A DNA stretch of 64,000 bases from a virus. Both the position numbers and the translations under genes were made by a program. This document shows, piece by piece, positions 10,105-19,163 of this stretch; within the stretch, counting starts at the first letter, position 1; each line of letters starts with the position of its first letter. A model generated the notes under the pieces. It ran no database searches. It was not told the origin of the DNA and saw only the letters and a program-made list of their open reading frames with translations. The stretch is taken from the IMG/VR virus record IMGVR_UViG_3300042924_004713, positions 1 through 64,000 of that record; one strand, written 5' to 3'.

Positions 10105-10412
10105 CTTTGGAAAAGAACCAGCAAAAACGCAGCTTCCTGATTGGCATGCTGCTGCTAATCCTGTTTGTGGTTGCCATGTGTTCGGGCTGCTCCACTCCGG
10201 TGCCAGTCACACAGAAATTTCCCGCTGCTGATCCTGTGATGATGGAGCCTGCCCCAGCACTGGTGGCCTTGCCCAAGGACACGGTGGAACTGGACAAGCT
10301 GATTGAAAACACAGCAGAAAACTATGGACGTTATCATGAAATGGTGCGCAGACTAGAACTCTGGCAAACATGGTACACCAAGCAGAAAAAGATATTTGAC
10401 TCCGTGCAATAA
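10101..10412 (+). CDS. Lipoprotein, putative o-spanin (Rz1-like)
   Basis: Hydrophobic stretch then SGC lipobox, Pro-rich mature part. Confidence 0.6.
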   Translation: MTLEKNQQKRSFLIGMLLLILFVVAMCSGCSTPVPVTQKFPAADPVMMEPAPALVALPKDTVELDKLIENTAENYGRYHEMVRRLELWQTWYTKQKKIFDSVQ

Positions 10413-10413
10413 C

Positions 10414-11289
10414 ATGCTGTTTCCGGATTTGATCTTGCACAGCCGTGTGAATCAAACCTGGCATACGTCGGGCATGGACAGTCTAGAACACTGCAACGAT
10501 CCACAGCATTTTCAAAACTATCCTTGGCCCATTGTTTATCAATACAACAGTCGTGGCTTCCGCGATCAAGAGTGGCCTAATAATTTTCAAGATGTGATTT
10601 GGTGCGTGGGCGACAGCTTCACAGTGGGCATAGGCTCGCCCTTGGAACACACCTGGCCCTGGCTGTTATCACAACACCTAAATCGGCGTATCATCAATGT
10701 CAGCATGGATGGCGCCAGTAATCAATGGATAGCTCGTAGAGCCAGTGAAATACTTGCATCTGGACTGGCATCGCACATGGTGATACAATGGAGCTACACA
10801 CATCGCCGTGAGAATCAGGACCTTGAGCAGCTGATTGATCAAAGATGGCGTGCGTTCTATCAAGACGTAAGAGATCACAGCTGGCCAGCGTGTCCTGCCT
10901 GGCAGCAGCGTGATCAGTTGCCAGTGAGAATTCAACAGGAACTTGCTCGTGATCCCTACTGGCAACAGATTGATCAGATACACGACGAAGAACGTAGAAT
11001 AGATGTGCCTAGAAGAGAAGCAGTGCTGGATCCCACTTTGAATTCTCAAAACTTTCGCGAGTGTTTGAATCAAGTGGAACACAGTCAGGGCATGATCAAG
11101 GTACTGCATACCTTTATACCAGACTGGAGCAATGATCCAGCGTTGACAGCGGAAATTCAGCAATGGCCCAGGCATAGAACCTGGTTGCCTGAAATTCAAC
11201 GCCTGGACTGGGCTCGTGATCACCATCATTATGACCTTAAAACAGCACACAAACTGGTGCTGGACATCCAAAATAAACTACTAGTATAA
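10414..11289 (+). CDS. SGNH-hydrolase-like protein
   Basis: YNSRGFRD, VGDSFT, GASN, terminal DHHH. Confidence 0.6.
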   Translation: MLFPDLILHSRVNQTWHTSGMDSLEHCNDPQHFQNYPWPIVYQYNSRGFRDQEWPNNFQDVIWCVGDSFTVGIGSPLEHTWPWLLSQHLNRRIINVSMDGASNQWIARRASEILASGLASHMVIQWSYTHRRENQDLEQLIDQRWRAFYQDVRDHSWPACPAWQQRDQLPVRIQQELARDPYWQQIDQIHDEERRIDVPRREAVLDPTLNSQNFRECLNQVEHSQGMIKVLHTFIPDWSNDPALTAEIQQWPRHRTWLPEIQRLDWARDHHHYDLKTAHKLVLDIQNKLLV

Positions 11290-11348
11290 CCAAGTGTGAT
11301 AGCTGCCCCTGTTTGCTAAATATTGGCAAACTACAACAGGGAGCTACA

Positions 11349-11963
11349 ATGGAGCTAAAACTCAACCAACTCAAAGAGATGGTGCACGGCATACCCTATG
11401 CTGAACAATGGCACCACGCACTGGAGCAACTACTTCCAGACTATCAAATCAATACCCCCAAGCGTATCGCAGCGTTTATTGCTCAATGTGCGCATGAGTC
11501 AGGTGGGTTTAGATTTGTCAGCGAAAATCTCAACTACAAAGCGGAAAGTCTCATGAAGGTTTTCCCCAAGTATTTTCACACCAAGGAATTGGCCAATGCC
11601 TATGCTAAAAATCCTGAAAAAATCGCCAACAGAGTCTATGCCAATCGCATGGGCAACGGAGACGAAGCATCAGGTGATGGCTTTAAGTATCGAGGCCGCG
11701 GATTAATTCAACTCACTGGCAAAGAAAATTATTCTTGGTTCGCAGCCAGTCTGCAGATTTCCCCCGAAGAAGCCACAGAGTACATGAGCACTTTTGAAGG
11801 TGCTGCTCAGAGCGCCTGTTGGTTCTGGGAGACCAACAACCTAAACAAAGAAGCCGACGCAGGTGATATCAAGCTCATGACACGCAAAATCAATGGTGGT
11901 TTCATTGGACTTGAGGATCGTATCAAACACTATAATCATGCACTGCATGTGCTAGGAGTATAA
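11349..11963 (+). CDS. Glycoside hydrolase family 19 endolysin
   Basis: AQCAHESGGF, ENLNY, YRGRGLIQLTG, TRKINGG; SD GGGAG. Confidence 0.92.
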   Translation: MELKLNQLKEMVHGIPYAEQWHHALEQLLPDYQINTPKRIAAFIAQCAHESGGFRFVSENLNYKAESLMKVFPKYFHTKELANAYAKNPEKIANRVYANRMGNGDEASGDGFKYRGRGLIQLTGKENYSWFAASLQISPEEATEYMSTFEGAAQSACWFWETNNLNKEADAGDIKLMTRKINGGFIGLEDRIKHYNHALHVLGV

Positions 11964-11964
11964 C

Positions 11965-12111
11965 ATGGCCAAAGCAAAACAAAGCGCAACCGCTGTAACA
12001 CACACTTCGGTACACAAGCGTACCAGTCAAGGTGGACGCAAACCCAAGACCAGTAGCATGAACAAAAATCGTCGTCGTGGGTTCAAAAAGAATCGTGGAC
12101 AGGGAAGATAA
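11965..12111 (+). CDS. Small basic protein (48 aa)
   Basis: Not in ORF track; MAKAKQSAT...MNKNRRRGFKKNRGQGR; SD AGGAG. Confidence 0.7.
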   Translation: MAKAKQSATAVTHTSVHKRTSQGGRKPKTSSMNKNRRRGFKKNRGQGR

Positions 12112-12112
12112 T

Positions 12113-12346
12113 ATGTCTATGAAATATCTAATGGCGTTGCTGGCACTGCCAGTGCTCATGGGCTGTCAGGAAAACTATCGTTATCCCTGTCAGGATCCTG
12201 ACAATTGGGAGAAAAAAGAATGCCAAAAACCCTATTGTAGTGCCAACGGTACCTGCCCCGAAGACCTAACACACTATGAAAAAGAAAAAGTCAACAGCGC
12301 AGCACCTCAACCTGTGCCTGCGCCTGCTCAAGGAGAATGCAAATGA
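12113..12346 (+). CDS. Cys-rich lipoprotein
   Basis: MKYLMALLALPVLMGC lipobox, four further Cys. Confidence 0.7.
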   Translation: MSMKYLMALLALPVLMGCQENYRYPCQDPDNWEKKECQKPYCSANGTCPEDLTHYEKEKVNSAAPQPVPAPAQGECK

Positions 12347-12807
12347 TTAAAGACATGTGGGAAGGCCCAAGATACACCACAGAAGAACTAAATGCCAGAT
12401 TAAAATTCTTTATTGGAATTGTGCTGGGATTGACCCTGTTTGGCATTGTGTTTGTGGTGCTATACAGTTTGATTTTTGTCACACAGCCCATGAATGGCAT
12501 GAGCCCAGTGGATAATAAATTCTTTGAATTGATTATTCCCATTGCTACGTTCTTAACTGGAACACTGTCAGGAATCATGCTAGCAGGTGATGACAAGGAT
12601 CTGCGTGCCAAGGCTCTAGAGTCTGCCAACAAGCCTTACACACCACCACCTGCACCAGCTCCTGTGCCTGCAGCCAAGTCTGTGAACAGTTTTGCTCCAG
12701 TGGCCGCAGCAGCACCAGTGGCTGCGTTCAGTGATTTTGTTCCGCAAGTGGTATCAGGGTTTGGTGGCAAGCCAGCACCAACTGAACCTCCGCATCCGGA
12801 GCTGTGA
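12343..12807 (+). CDS. Two-TM membrane protein (holin-like)
   Basis: Two hydrophobic helices, Pro-rich tail, in lysis cluster. Confidence 0.55.
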   Translation: MIKDMWEGPRYTTEELNARLKFFIGIVLGLTLFGIVFVVLYSLIFVTQPMNGMSPVDNKFFELIIPIATFLTGTLSGIMLAGDDKDLRAKALESANKPYTPPPAPAPVPAAKSVNSFAPVAAAAPVAAFSDFVPQVVSGFGGKPAPTEPPHPEL

Positions 12808-13049
12808 ACATGACATGGCTATGTCGCATGCTCACAGCAGAAGGTGAACGTTATCCTAGCAGCAAGCGTGTGATAACGTTTGTGGCCTTTGTGCTGGTGG
12901 CCGTGGGATTTTTTGCTGAAACTTTTTTTGGTTATACCACAAAACAATTTACCATGGAAAGTTTGATGTATATAGTACTAGGAGGCCTAGGATTCACGGC
13001 CTCAGAAAAATTTTCTAGAAAGGAAAAACAAAATGACGTATCTCAGTAG
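12804..13049 (+). CDS. Small two-TM membrane protein (holin-like)
   Basis: SSKR then two hydrophobic helices and a charged tail. Confidence 0.55.
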   Translation: MNMTWLCRMLTAEGERYPSSKRVITFVAFVLVAVGFFAETFFGYTTKQFTMESLMYIVLGGLGFTASEKFSRKEKQNDVSQ

Positions 13050-13236
13050 CATTCTATTCGCAATTATGTTGGCCATGAGCCTGCCTGTAATGGCCAATAA
13101 TCATGAAGCCAAGCCTGAAACCAAAAAAGTCTGTATCAAGACCAAAGATGCAAAGAGCGGCAAAGAAATCGAAAAGTGCCGTGATGTTAAGATACATAAA
13201 AAGCTCGAGGGCACTGAAATTCCACCTAAAAAATAA
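13033..13236 (+). CDS. Small secreted basic protein
   Basis: Signal peptide ending VMA; two Cys; Lys-rich. Confidence 0.6.
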   Translation: MTYLSSILFAIMLAMSLPVMANNHEAKPETKKVCIKTKDAKSGKEIEKCRDVKIHKKLEGTEIPPKK

Positions 13237-13242
13237 TAGGTG

Positions 13243-13268
13243 AAAAAGGCCCCGGTGGGCCTTTTTTT
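13243..13268 (+). terminator. Intrinsic terminator, possibly bidirectional
   Basis: AAAAAGGCCC-cggt-GGGCCTTTTT hairpin with T7 tract. Confidence 0.85.
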
Positions 13269-14048
13269 ATGGATCATTACAAAACACTAGGTGTAGATCG
13301 ACGAGCTTCAGCTGAAGATATCAAACGTGCATTCCGCAAGTTGGCCATGCAACATCATCCAGATCGCGGAGGAGACGAAGCTCGTTTCAAAGAAATTCAA
13401 GCGGCTTATGATGTGTTAAGCGATCAGCAGCGTCGTGCTGAATATGACAATCCACGACCACAGGGCTTTAGATTTTCCACAGGTCCAGGTGCTGGCGGCT
13501 TTGACTTTGATCAAATATTCAATATGTTTGGCACTGACATGGGCAGACGTCCCATGCGTAGTCAATTAAGACTGAGTCTATGGATCACACTGCGTGATGT
13601 GGCACAAGGCGGTCGTCGCACACTGAATGTGAGCAGCAGCGCAGGATCAAATCTAGTGGAAATTGAAATTCCCGCCATGATCGATGATGGTGCCACTGTG
13701 CAGTATCCTAAAATGGCACCAGATGGTTCGGATCTCTTGGTACAGTTTAGAATCAAACCAGATCCGGTTTGGCAGCGTCAGGGCAGCACCCTGTTATTGG
13801 ATAAACCTGTGCTGATCTGGACTCTGCTTCAGGGAGGAGAAATCACTGTTAACACTCTCACCGATCAAACACTCACAGTGCGAGTTCCTGCTCATACTCG
13901 TCCGGGCACCATGCTGCGTGTGCGCGGTCATGGCTTGAAAGACAATCAAGGACGATCCGGTGATCTCATGGTACGTGTGCAAGCACAGCTTCCGGACACA
14001 GTCAGTCCAGAATTAATGGCTGCTATTCAACGTGAAACCCATGGCTAA
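13269..14048 (+). CDS. dnaJ: DnaJ/CbpA-type co-chaperone (no zinc finger)
   Basis: J domain with HPD, G/F-rich linker, C-terminal GDL motif. Confidence 0.93.
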   Translation: MDHYKTLGVDRRASAEDIKRAFRKLAMQHHPDRGGDEARFKEIQAAYDVLSDQQRRAEYDNPRPQGFRFSTGPGAGGFDFDQIFNMFGTDMGRRPMRSQLRLSLWITLRDVAQGGRRTLNVSSSAGSNLVEIEIPAMIDDGATVQYPKMAPDGSDLLVQFRIKPDPVWQRQGSTLLLDKPVLIWTLLQGGEITVNTLTDQTLTVRVPAHTRPGTMLRVRGHGLKDNQGRSGDLMVRVQAQLPDTVSPELMAAIQRETHG

Positions 14049-14068
14049 GTATTTTTATACCAAAACTG

Positions 14069-14097
14069 TTGATCACAAAACCAAACTGCTGTACAAT
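14069..14097 (+). promoter_or_regulatory. Sigma70-like promoter
   Basis: TTGATC-17 nt-TACAAT upstream of clpA. Confidence 0.55.
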
Positions 14098-14123
14098 ACA
14101 TACTCAACTACCAAGGACTGGCA

Positions 14124-16385
14124 ATGACCCCAAACCCAGATATTGAAAAAATTGTAGATCATGCAATACAGTTGGCCAAAAAGCGCCAAAATGCCTATAT
14201 CACCGTGGAGCACGTACTTTTGGCCATGGTTATGTATCCTAGTTTTCGTAGAATACTAGAACGTTTTGGAACCAACTGTGATGCCTTGCAAGGTGAGGTC
14301 GAAGCCTATATTGACTCACAGAAAAACACAGCTCGTAATCCCACGGATCAGCCTAGAAAAACACACGCACTGGAGCGACTGTTTAATCGAGCACTGACTT
14401 CTGTGATGCTCACAGGTCGTCGTCAAACCAATGTGATCGATATCTATCTTAGTATCATGGCAGAATCACACAGCCATGCTCAGTATTTTTTGTTGAAGCA
14501 CGGAGTCAACAAACAGGCGTTCCTGGAGTTCTACAACAAACTACAAGGACGTGACGACGCTAGACTCAGTCCAGATCAGGCTAATGAAATTCTCAATGAG
14601 TACTGTACCAATCTCACTGACATGGCCAATCGTAGCCAGCTGGAGCCCATGATTGGTCGTGAGCGCGAAGTTGAAGAAATGATCACGGTGCTGGCCAAGA
14701 GATTCAAGAGCAATGTGCTCATGGTGGGCGATCCTGGTGTGGGCAAAACAGCCATTGTTGAAGGCCTAGCACAGGAAATGGCAGCAAATCGTGTGCCAGA
14801 GTTTCTACATGATCATGAACTATACAGTCTTGAAGTAGGCAGCTTGTTGGCAGGGTCAAAGTACCGCGGCGAATTTGAAGAAAAATTCAAGCTGGTCATG
14901 GCCGCATTGGAAACCAAAAAGAAATGCGTGTTGTTTATTGACGAAGCACACACCATGCGAGGCGCAGGTAGTTCAGGATCCAGTACCCTGGACATGGCCA
15001 ATATGATCAAGCCTGCTATCACCAAGGGCGCACTGAAAGTGATTGCCAGTACCACCTGGGAAGAGTATTACGAAAGTTTTGAAAAAGATCGTGCGCTGAT
15101 GCGACGTTTCTACAGACTCAGTATTGACGAACCCACGCCAGAGGTAACCGAACAGATCTTGATTGGCCTGAGTCCTAGATTAGAAAAGTTTCACAACGTG
15201 GAAATTACCACAGAAGCCATTACCACTGCGGTTGAACTTGCAGGTCGTTACATACACGACAAAAAGAATCCAGACAAGAGCATTGACCTTATTGATGCTG
15301 CCTGCGCACGTGAGCGTGTGAAAGACGCAGGCACTGTGCCTATCACTGCTGCCTTGATACAGGAACAGCTCAGCAAGGTCAGCGGAGTGCCTGTGGACAG
15401 ACTAACATCTGAAAGCAGCCAAAATGTCATTGGACTGGAAGGCAACATCAAGAGTCGACTGTATGGGCAAGACTCAGCTGTTGACTCTGTGTTGGAGAGA
15501 ATCTATATCAGCTTTGCAGGCATTGCCAAGGTGGGCAGACCCATTGCCAGCTTTTTGTTCCTAGGTCCAACGGGCACAGGCAAGACCGAACTGGCCAAGC
15601 TGTTGAGCAGCAATCTTGACATGAAGCTGCTGCGCTATGACATGAGTGAATATCAAGAGCGCCACACAGTGAGCAGTCTGATTGGTGCACCGCCCGGCTA
15701 TGTGGGCTTTGAAGACGGCAACGTGGGCGGTGGCAAGCTGATTTCAGATCTCAATAAAAATCCGTTTTCTATTCTTTTGTTTGACGAAATTGAAAAAGCA
15801 CACCCTGATGTGATCAATATCATGTTGCAGTTGCTGGACGAAGGACGCATTACCTCCAGTAATGGCAAAACAGTGGACTGCAAAAACACCATTGTGATCA
15901 TGACATCCAACCTGGGCGCACGTGACAACGAAAACAACAACATTGGTTTCAGTACCGAACTAGAACGCTCGGGCGAAGAAGATCGAGCCATGAAAGAGTT
16001 CTTCCGTCCTGAACTGCGCAATCGTATTGATCAGATCTGCAAGTTTAACAAACTTGACACTCTGGCAATCAAGAAGATCGTGGTTAAATTTGTTGAAGAA
16101 CTACGTGCGGGACTAACACAACACAATATTCGCATCAGTCTCAGCGAACCTGCTGTGAACTATCTGGCTGAACAGGGCTACGACAGCAAAATGGGCGCAC
16201 GTCCACTGAGTCGCAAGATTGATGAACTTATCCGTGTGCCATTGAGCAAGCGCATATTGTTTGAAAAACTGCGTGACTGTCAGATACATGTGGACTACGA
16301 TCAAGAGCTGAAGTTTGATGTCAAGCCCTTGATGACACATCGTGTGGAAAGTGACGGGCTCATAGTTGTAGACACGCCAGAATAA
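14124..16385 (+). CDS. clpA: ClpA-like AAA+ chaperone
   Basis: Clp N domain, two Walker A motifs (GDPGVGKT, GPTGTGKT), KYRGEFEE, PPGYVG, IGF loop, GARP; no ClpB middle domain. Confidence 0.92.
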   Translation: MTPNPDIEKIVDHAIQLAKKRQNAYITVEHVLLAMVMYPSFRRILERFGTNCDALQGEVEAYIDSQKNTARNPTDQPRKTHALERLFNRALTSVMLTGRRQTNVIDIYLSIMAESHSHAQYFLLKHGVNKQAFLEFYNKLQGRDDARLSPDQANEILNEYCTNLTDMANRSQLEPMIGREREVEEMITVLAKRFKSNVLMVGDPGVGKTAIVEGLAQEMAANRVPEFLHDHELYSLEVGSLLAGSKYRGEFEEKFKLVMAALETKKKCVLFIDEAHTMRGAGSSGSSTLDMANMIKPAITKGALKVIASTTWEEYYESFEKDRALMRRFYRLSIDEPTPEVTEQILIGLSPRLEKFHNVEITTEAITTAVELAGRYIHDKKNPDKSIDLIDAACARERVKDAGTVPITAALIQEQLSKVSGVPVDRLTSESSQNVIGLEGNIKSRLYGQDSAVDSVLERIYISFAGIAKVGRPIASFLFLGPTGTGKTELAKLLSSNLDMKLLRYDMSEYQERHTVSSLIGAPPGYVGFEDGNVGGGKLISDLNKNPFSILLFDEIEKAHPDVINIMLQLLDEGRITSSNGKTVDCKNTIVIMTSNLGARDNENNNIGFSTELERSGEEDRAMKEFFRPELRNRIDQICKFNKLDTLAIKKIVVKFVEELRAGLTQHNIRISLSEPAVNYLAEQGYDSKMGARPLSRKIDELIRVPLSKRILFEKLRDCQIHVDYDQELKFDVKPLMTHRVESDGLIVVDTPE

Positions 16386-16418
16386 TATCTTGGTGTTTAA
16401 TGAGCTAAATAACACACT

Positions 16419-16589
16419 ATGGCAAAAATACACGAAGAAGTATTGGTTATCAAAGTCAGCAGGTTAGTCAAAGACGATCAAAGTCTTGCTCATGGTTCCC
16501 TTATCACACCAGAAGCTGTGTCTGCGCTTGAACAGGTAGCACAGGAACTGGTGGGACCTGGGTCTGTTGTAGAAGTAGAACAGGCCTGA
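16419..16589 (+). CDS. Small hypothetical protein (56 aa)
   Basis: Not in ORF track; MAKIHEEVLVIKVSRLVKD...VVEVEQA; TAAATA at 16406-16411. Confidence 0.7.
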   Translation: MAKIHEEVLVIKVSRLVKDDQSLAHGSLITPEAVSALEQVAQELVGPGSVVEVEQA

Positions 16590-16614
16590 ACTACCCGCAC
16601 TTGCCCGGCACTGC

Positions 16615-17049
16615 ATGGCCTCAGTGACTTTTTCCTGCGACATTTCAGCACCCCTAGACGCGAACTTGCGTCTAGAAGTTTTCTGTGACGGTGCATCAGC
16701 AGCGGTATTTGAACCCGTACACAATCACAAATTCACATACACTTTTGCAGACAGTGTGGAACTCACGGATCACAAGATTGAGTTTGTGATGACAGGCAAA
16801 ACTCAGGATCACACTCAGGTTGATCACGCAGGCAATATCACAAGCGATTGCTTGATCTATATCACAAACAAACAGTTTGAAAACATTGATGTCAACTATG
16901 CTTTTGACAGCCATGCTGTGTATCACCATGATTTCAATGGCACCGCTGCTGCTGTGCAAGACGGTTTTTCAGGCATCATGGGCTGTAATGGACGTGTGAG
17001 TTTTGAGTTTACAACTCCTATCTACCTTTGGATGCTAGAAAACCTCTAG
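16615..17049 (+). CDS. Hypothetical protein
   Basis: ORF in operon context. Confidence 0.65.
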   Translation: MASVTFSCDISAPLDANLRLEVFCDGASAAVFEPVHNHKFTYTFADSVELTDHKIEFVMTGKTQDHTQVDHAGNITSDCLIYITNKQFENIDVNYAFDSHAVYHHDFNGTAAAVQDGFSGIMGCNGRVSFEFTTPIYLWMLENL

Positions 17050-17065
17050 CGGTAAATAATAGATC

Positions 17066-18124
17066 ATGCAAACACTTGTGATCTATCCCGGCCGTTTTCA
17101 TCCATTTCATCGTGGCCATTTGGCCAGTTATCACTGGCTCACCAAGAAATTTGGGGACAACTCTGTATTTGTGGCCACTTCAGGCAAACAGGAACCCGAA
17201 ACATCTCCGTTTAGCTTTGCAGACAAGCAGATGATGATGGTCAAACTGGGTATTCCCGCAGGACACGTGGTACAGGTCAAAAACCCTTACCAGGCACAGG
17301 AAATCACACAGAACTTTGATCCCAACGACACAGTGTTGATATTTGCTATCAGCGAAAAAGACGCTGAACGCATCAGTTTCAAACCCAAGCGTGATGGATC
17401 GCCTAGTTATCTACAGCCATTTCCTGAAAACGGCAAAGGACTCAAGCCCATGAGTCAGCATGGTTATGCCATACTAACTCCCAAGGTCAACTTCCGTGTA
17501 CAGGGTCAAGACGCAGACAGTGCTAGTCAGATACGCAAACTCTATGCACAAAGCAACGACTCGGGGCGTGACAGTATACTAGTGGATCTCTACGGTGATG
17601 CGGATGGTAATCTAAGAAAGATATTTGATCAACGGTTATTGCAGTCTGATGAAGCAGTGGTCAACGAAACTGTGTTGATCAATGATCCCGAGGCTGGCAT
17701 ACAGCTACGTCCGCCAGGCGGCATGGGCACATGGGATGAATCAAGTCTGGTTAAAAATCTCACCAGCAAGATAACCGATCTCAATAGACTGCTGTCAACT
17801 GGACAATATCGAGCACTATACCAGGTAATCTATGATCGCGGTACCTTGGAAAGCATGATCAAGGCACTGGCTGATCTAGAAAAATTCCGTGAACGTCAGG
17901 GACGTCGTCCCATTGCTCGTGGGCGTCAAATTGATATCAGTGCTGATTACCTTGAAGAAAAATGGAGTGAAAAATACAAACGCAGCATCAACTGCGCCAA
18001 TCCTCGAGGATTCAGCCAAAAGGCACACTGTGCTGGCCGTAAGAAAAACGAAGCCGCACTGGAATCCCTACGCCGTATGAAACAACGCATTCTAGAAATG
18101 CGCAAACGTTCAAAAGCCAAGTAA
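17066..18124 (+). CDS. HxGH nucleotidyltransferase-like domain plus C-terminal modules including a basic two-Cys peptide
   Basis: YPGRFHPFHRGH, SASQIR; tail EEKWSEKYKRSINCANPRGFSQKAHCAGRKK. Confidence 0.75.
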   Translation: MQTLVIYPGRFHPFHRGHLASYHWLTKKFGDNSVFVATSGKQEPETSPFSFADKQMMMVKLGIPAGHVVQVKNPYQAQEITQNFDPNDTVLIFAISEKDAERISFKPKRDGSPSYLQPFPENGKGLKPMSQHGYAILTPKVNFRVQGQDADSASQIRKLYAQSNDSGRDSILVDLYGDADGNLRKIFDQRLLQSDEAVVNETVLINDPEAGIQLRPPGGMGTWDESSLVKNLTSKITDLNRLLSTGQYRALYQVIYDRGTLESMIKALADLEKFRERQGRRPIARGRQIDISADYLEEKWSEKYKRSINCANPRGFSQKAHCAGRKKNEAALESLRRMKQRILEMRKRSKAK

Positions 18125-18182
18125 TTTTCTGCCTCTCTGTGCTACAATTAAATATCAAGCACTTTTTATCAGAGAGGAATTT

Positions 18183-19145
18183 ATGGTTGACCAAACAACA
18201 AACGACAGCGTAGCAGCAGAAAGTCTGCCCGTTGAATCTGCACCTGCTGAAGCACCTGCCGCGGATAACAACTCAACACAAATTCAAGTTAATGTTGATT
18301 TCCTAAGAAAAACTCGAGTACACATCTGCATGCCCTGCTATGGCGGCATGCTCACAGAACAATGCTTTATGAGCTTTGTTAAATGGGGCAATGCCTGCAG
18401 ACAACTGGGCATTGACTGGACTGTGGAAACCATGACCAATGAGAGTCTGATTTCACGAGCACGAAACACACTAGTGGCCAAATTCCTCAGTAATCCAGAA
18501 AGCACACACTTGATGTTTATTGACGCAGACATCGGCTGGGAGCCTTGGCATCTGCTGGCTCTGCTTAACCATGACAAGGATGTTGTGGGAGGTCTTTATC
18601 CCATGAAAACCATTCCTGTGAAATGGTGTGTGAACGGCATTCCTGGTGCTCCAGACAATGACCCCAATGGACTACTAGAAGTTACCAAGACTGGCACAGG
18701 ATTTCTGTTGATCAAACGCGAGGTATTTGAAAAACTCAAGGCACACCCTGCTGTAAAGCCTTTTGCCAATGACATTGGACTTGACGCTAGCCTAGACAAA
18801 GACATGAAAACCTACTTTGACACTGCTGTGCGCGAAAATCGTTACTACAGTGAGGATTGGACCTTCTGCGAAAACTGGCGCGATCTGGGCGGTCAGGTCT
18901 GGGTGGATAAGCGTATTCTTCTGCGTCATGTGGGCACACATACCTTTGATTTCGCTACACAGGAAAACATGTATCGTGAACTGCACAAAGTAGCACAGGC
19001 CAATGGCAAAGCCTTGAACGCCGACAGTGATCTAACACAGCCTGTGCCTGCTCCTGTGGTATCAGGTCCAGAACCAGTGGCTGCTCCTGTGAAAGCTCGC
19101 GTACTAAGCGCCAGCGAGAATCTAGAAACCGAGCCAGCTGCCTAA
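18183..19145 (+). CDS. GT-A-fold glycosyltransferase-like protein
   Basis: ICMPCYGG, ISRARN, LMFIDAD, GTGFLLIKR, SEDWTFC. Confidence 0.75.
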   Translation: MVDQTTNDSVAAESLPVESAPAEAPAADNNSTQIQVNVDFLRKTRVHICMPCYGGMLTEQCFMSFVKWGNACRQLGIDWTVETMTNESLISRARNTLVAKFLSNPESTHLMFIDADIGWEPWHLLALLNHDKDVVGGLYPMKTIPVKWCVNGIPGAPDNDPNGLLEVTKTGTGFLLIKREVFEKLKAHPAVKPFANDIGLDASLDKDMKTYFDTAVRENRYYSEDWTFCENWRDLGGQVWVDKRILLRHVGTHTFDFATQENMYRELHKVAQANGKALNADSDLTQPVPAPVVSGPEPVAAPVKARVLSASENLETEPAA

Positions 19146-19163
19146 ACAATAAATACAGTTCAT

